Assembly: GCA_031414775.1 (NCBI GenBank)
Contig: JANOQI010000055.1
Coordinates: forward strand, 1 to 10,302
Reading direction: 5' to 3'
DNA: 10,302 nt
Source of the DNA: Synechococcales cyanobacterium VAR_4_metabat_354
GTDB taxonomy: Bacteria > Cyanobacteriota > Cyanobacteriia > Cyanobacteriales > Chamaesiphonaceae
Position numbers and translations under genes: made by a program. Below the pieces are notes generated by a model. It worked only from the letters and a program-made list of their open reading frames with translations, was not told where the DNA came from and ran no database searches. Below are positions 7,980 to 10,302 of this stretch, piece after piece. Each line of letters begins with the position of its first letter. Position 1 is the first letter of the stretch.

Positions 7980-9122
7980 ATGGTGATTCTGACCCTCTTC
8001 GATGCAACTAGTGGGAATATTCTCAAACAGTGGCAATTTGACCAATCTCGACAAATTCGATTGGGCAGAGCACCTGAAAATCAGGTGGTAATCGATCACC
8101 CATTGGTATCGAGGTTTCATGCTGAGCTAGTATTTAACAATAGCTGGCAAGTCATCAATCATGGCGCCAACGGTATATTGATCAAAGATCAAACAGTAGA
8201 AAGAGCAGTTCTTACTCACAACACCGTGATTCAACTAGCCCCAAATAGACCACTAGTCAAATTTGAACAGGTCAGCACTCCTGAGATTTGTCAACATCAA
8301 GATAATCCACCAAATCAACTTTTTTGTATCCACTGTGGCAAACCAGTCAATGTTATCAAAACTGTTCGTGACTATCAAATCCTCAAAGTGTTGGGACAAG
8401 GCGGCATGGGCACCACCTATTTAGCCTGGACAGGTCAAGAATTATTAGTACTTAAAGAAATGAATGCCGATATAGCTCATCACGCCAAAGCACAAGAGTT
8501 ATTTGAACGAGAAGCAAAAATTCTTAAAACGCTGCAACACACTGGAATCCCTAAATATCAAGATTTTTTCTGGGAAGCAGGACAACGCTACCTAGCAATG
8601 GAATTAGTACATGGTCAAGATCTAGAACATTATGTCTACCAACGTGGTCCAGTAACTTTAACTCAAGCTATCAACTGGATGATCCAACTCTGTCGAATTT
8701 TGTCATATATTCACAGCAAACAACCGCCCTTGATTCACCGCGATGTCAAACCAGCTAATTTATTGGTTACTAATATCGATCGGCAGATTTTCTTGATTGA
8801 TTTTGGAGCAGTAAAAGAAATTGGATCAATAGGCAGTACTCGCATCGGGGCACCTGACTATATGGCTCCTGAACAAAACCAAGGCAAGCCAGTGGTTGAG
8901 TCTGATCTCTATGCGATCGGGCCAACAATCATATTTTTGACAACTGGCCGAAATCCTGGCGAATTTCTTCAACTGAATAAAGATGGCTACCAGTTCAACC
9001 TGGCCAATATTCCGACTATTACACCAACAGTTGCCAAATTAATCCACCAAGTAACGGCAAATCGAGTGATCGATCGATATCCAACAGCACTAGATTTATC
9101 TCAAGCTTTAGCGCGTTGCTAA
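7980..9122 (+). CDS. FHA-domain Hanks-type Ser/Thr protein kinase
   Basis: FHA motifs LGR, VSRFHA and GANG; Cys/His linker CQH...FCIHCG (8289-8339); intact kinase motifs GQGGMG, VLK, HRDVKPAN, DFG and APE. Starts 7 nt after the phosphatase stop. Confidence 0.95.
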   Translation: MVILTLFDATSGNILKQWQFDQSRQIRLGRAPENQVVIDHPLVSRFHAELVFNNSWQVINHGANGILIKDQTVERAVLTHNTVIQLAPNRPLVKFEQVSTPEICQHQDNPPNQLFCIHCGKPVNVIKTVRDYQILKVLGQGGMGTTYLAWTGQELLVLKEMNADIAHHAKAQELFEREAKILKTLQHTGIPKYQDFFWEAGQRYLAMELVHGQDLEHYVYQRGPVTLTQAINWMIQLCRILSYIHSKQPPLIHRDVKPANLLVTNIDRQIFLIDFGAVKEIGSIGSTRIGAPDYMAPEQNQGKPVVESDLYAIGPTIIFLTTGRNPGEFLQLNKDGYQFNLANIPTITPTVAKLIHQVTANRVIDRYPTALDLSQALARC

Positions 9123-9131
9123 TTTAGATGC

Positions 9132-9140
9132 TGTTACAAT
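9132..9140 (+). promoter_or_regulatory. Putative extended -10 promoter element for def
   Basis: TGTTACAAT (TGn + TACAAT) in the AT-rich spacer, 63 nt before the def ATG. Confidence 0.45.
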
Positions 9141-9203
9141 TAAGTGTGATGCATAAAACTCTATTAGCTAGCACTTTCTTACTAGCATAAGATAAATAAT
9201 CCT

Positions 9204-9779
9204 ATGGCTGTTCAGATTTTAGTTGAAAAGAAAAAAATAGATAAACCTCCACTAATTATTCACTTGTTAGGCGATAAAACACTCAGGCAAGCTGCCAAAA
9301 GAATTAGTAAGGTAGACGATGAATTACGGCAAACCGTTCGAGAGATGCTGCAAACAATGTACAGCTCTGACGGCATTGGCTTAGCAGCACCGCAAGTGGG
9401 AATTCATAAACAACTGATCGTAATAGATTGTGAACTAGAAAATCCTGCAACACCACCGATAGTATTAATTAATCCAGAAATCAAGAGCCATAGTCAATCC
9501 TTTTGTAAAGATCAAGAAGGCTGCCTAAGCATTCCAGGTGTATATATGGATGTAGAACGCCCAGAACAAGTAGAAGTCAGCTATAAGGACGAGCATGGTC
9601 GTCCACGAACACTCAAAGCTGATGGCCTATTAGCTAGAGCAATCCAGCATGAAATGGATCATCTACAAGGAGTATTATTTGTGGATCACATTACAGACAG
9701 TCTGACTCTTACTGAAGAACTAAAAAAGAAAGGCTTTTCTATCCAAGCAGTTCAACCCATCAGCAACGGAGCTAAATAG
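9204..9779 (+). CDS. def: Peptide deformylase
   Basis: All three PDF motifs are present: GIGLAAPQVG, EGCLS and QHEMDHLQG. Confidence 0.98.
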   Translation: MAVQILVEKKKIDKPPLIIHLLGDKTLRQAAKRISKVDDELRQTVREMLQTMYSSDGIGLAAPQVGIHKQLIVIDCELENPATPPIVLINPEIKSHSQSFCKDQEGCLSIPGVYMDVERPEQVEVSYKDEHGRPRTLKADGLLARAIQHEMDHLQGVLFVDHITDSLTLTEELKKKGFSIQAVQPISNGAK

Positions 9780-9784
9780 CTAAT

Positions 9785-9991
9785 ATGGCAACTTATACTC
9801 CTTTGAGTAGTTTGTGTTTATTGGGTGCGTGTATATCCGCTATTGCAGCTGTTGGTTCAGTTTTTGAGCTAAGCTCAGGAACACCAGAATTAGGTGTTTC
9901 CATAACAAGTGGAATTTTGGCGGTCAGCATTCCACTATGTACCGGCCTGTTTTACATAGCTGTCCGCAGCTCTAACGAAGCTAATAAGTAA
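9785..9991 (+). CDS. Small two-helix membrane protein of unknown function, 68 aa
   Basis: Starts 5 nt after def. Two hydrophobic segments (LCLLGACISAIAAVGSVF; ITSGILAVSIPLCTGLFYIAV) flank ELSSGTPELG. Confidence 0.75.
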   Translation: MATYTPLSSLCLLGACISAIAAVGSVFELSSGTPELGVSITSGILAVSIPLCTGLFYIAVRSSNEANK

Positions 9992-10163
9992 CCTTGCCTC
10001 AAAAAAGTAGACATTTCCGAAGAGTCTAAGATTAGATCAAGGAAAATGGACAAATGACACCAAGAACGAAACAAACATTCACTGAAGAGCAGAAAGCAGA
10101 AACTTCACTGCTACTGAACTCGACCAGGCTTGGGTTGCTAGTATCACATATATTGCCACTCAT
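9989..10163 (+). mobile_element. Internally deleted IS3-family relic (left IR + orfA start + short orfB fragment)
   Basis: TAACCTTGCCTCAAAAAAGTAGACA (9989-10013) resembles IS3 left inverted repeats. ATG 10054 gives MTPRTKQTFTEEQKAE (OrfA-like N-terminus). The -1 frame at 10098-10163 reads RNFTATELDQAWVASITYIATH, matching the OrfB R-F-A--PNQ-W--DITYI motif with the first catalytic Asp replaced by Ser. Confidence 0.75.
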
Positions 10164-10164
10164 C

Positions 10165-10224
10165 AATACTGCTCGACAAGGTATTAAAAAATATCGTAAT
10201 GCTTTAATTCAACTAGCCATATAA
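10165..10224 (+). pseudogene. 3' fragment resembling an AbrB/MazE-type antitoxin of doc-associated modules
   Basis: NTARQGIKKYRNALIQLAI* resembles, from recall, the C-terminal AR--MKKYRNALRELAK* of that family. No 5' part or toxin gene is visible. Confidence 0.5.
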
Positions 10225-10264
10225 AGAAAGAGACTCCATCCAGTTAGGACGAAGTCTCTTTCTT
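10224..10264 (-). terminator. Intrinsic terminator, probably for a convergent gene beyond the right edge (possibly bidirectional)
   Basis: Perfect 12-bp arms AAGAAAGAGACT / AGTCTCTTTCTT. On the minus strand the inner UCGUCC/GGAUGG also pairs fully via G-U, giving an 18-bp stem with a 5-nt loop and U-rich 3' side. Confidence 0.7.
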
Positions 10265-10302
10265 ATCTTTCTCTTGTCAATATTAAGCCTGGCAGTGAGC
10301 TA

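Overview
Cyanobacterial chromosomal window, inferred from gene content and CGATCG/HIP1 enrichment. The core is the conserved alkane-biosynthesis cluster ado-aar-accA-SDR-folE (1801-6084). It is followed by a PP2C-type phosphatase, an FHA-domain Ser/Thr kinase, peptide deformylase (def) and a 68-aa membrane protein. The unusual element is the divergent minus-strand gene at 273-1463: a predicted 8-stranded outer-membrane beta-barrel with a ~215-aa insertion containing three helical repeats in a predicted surface loop. Its signal peptide is encoded by a perfect (CTTCT)6 pentanucleotide tract (1405-1435), the same repeat unit in the same position as in the phase-variable Neisseria opa genes. Gain or loss of one unit gives a stop codon almost immediately, so this is a candidate phase-variable surface protein. 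Both edges hold mobile-element remnants: a probable IS200/IS605 left end at 1-187, and an internally deleted IS3 relic joined to an antitoxin-like 3' fragment at 9989-10224. All calls come from reading the sequence by eye; no searches were run.
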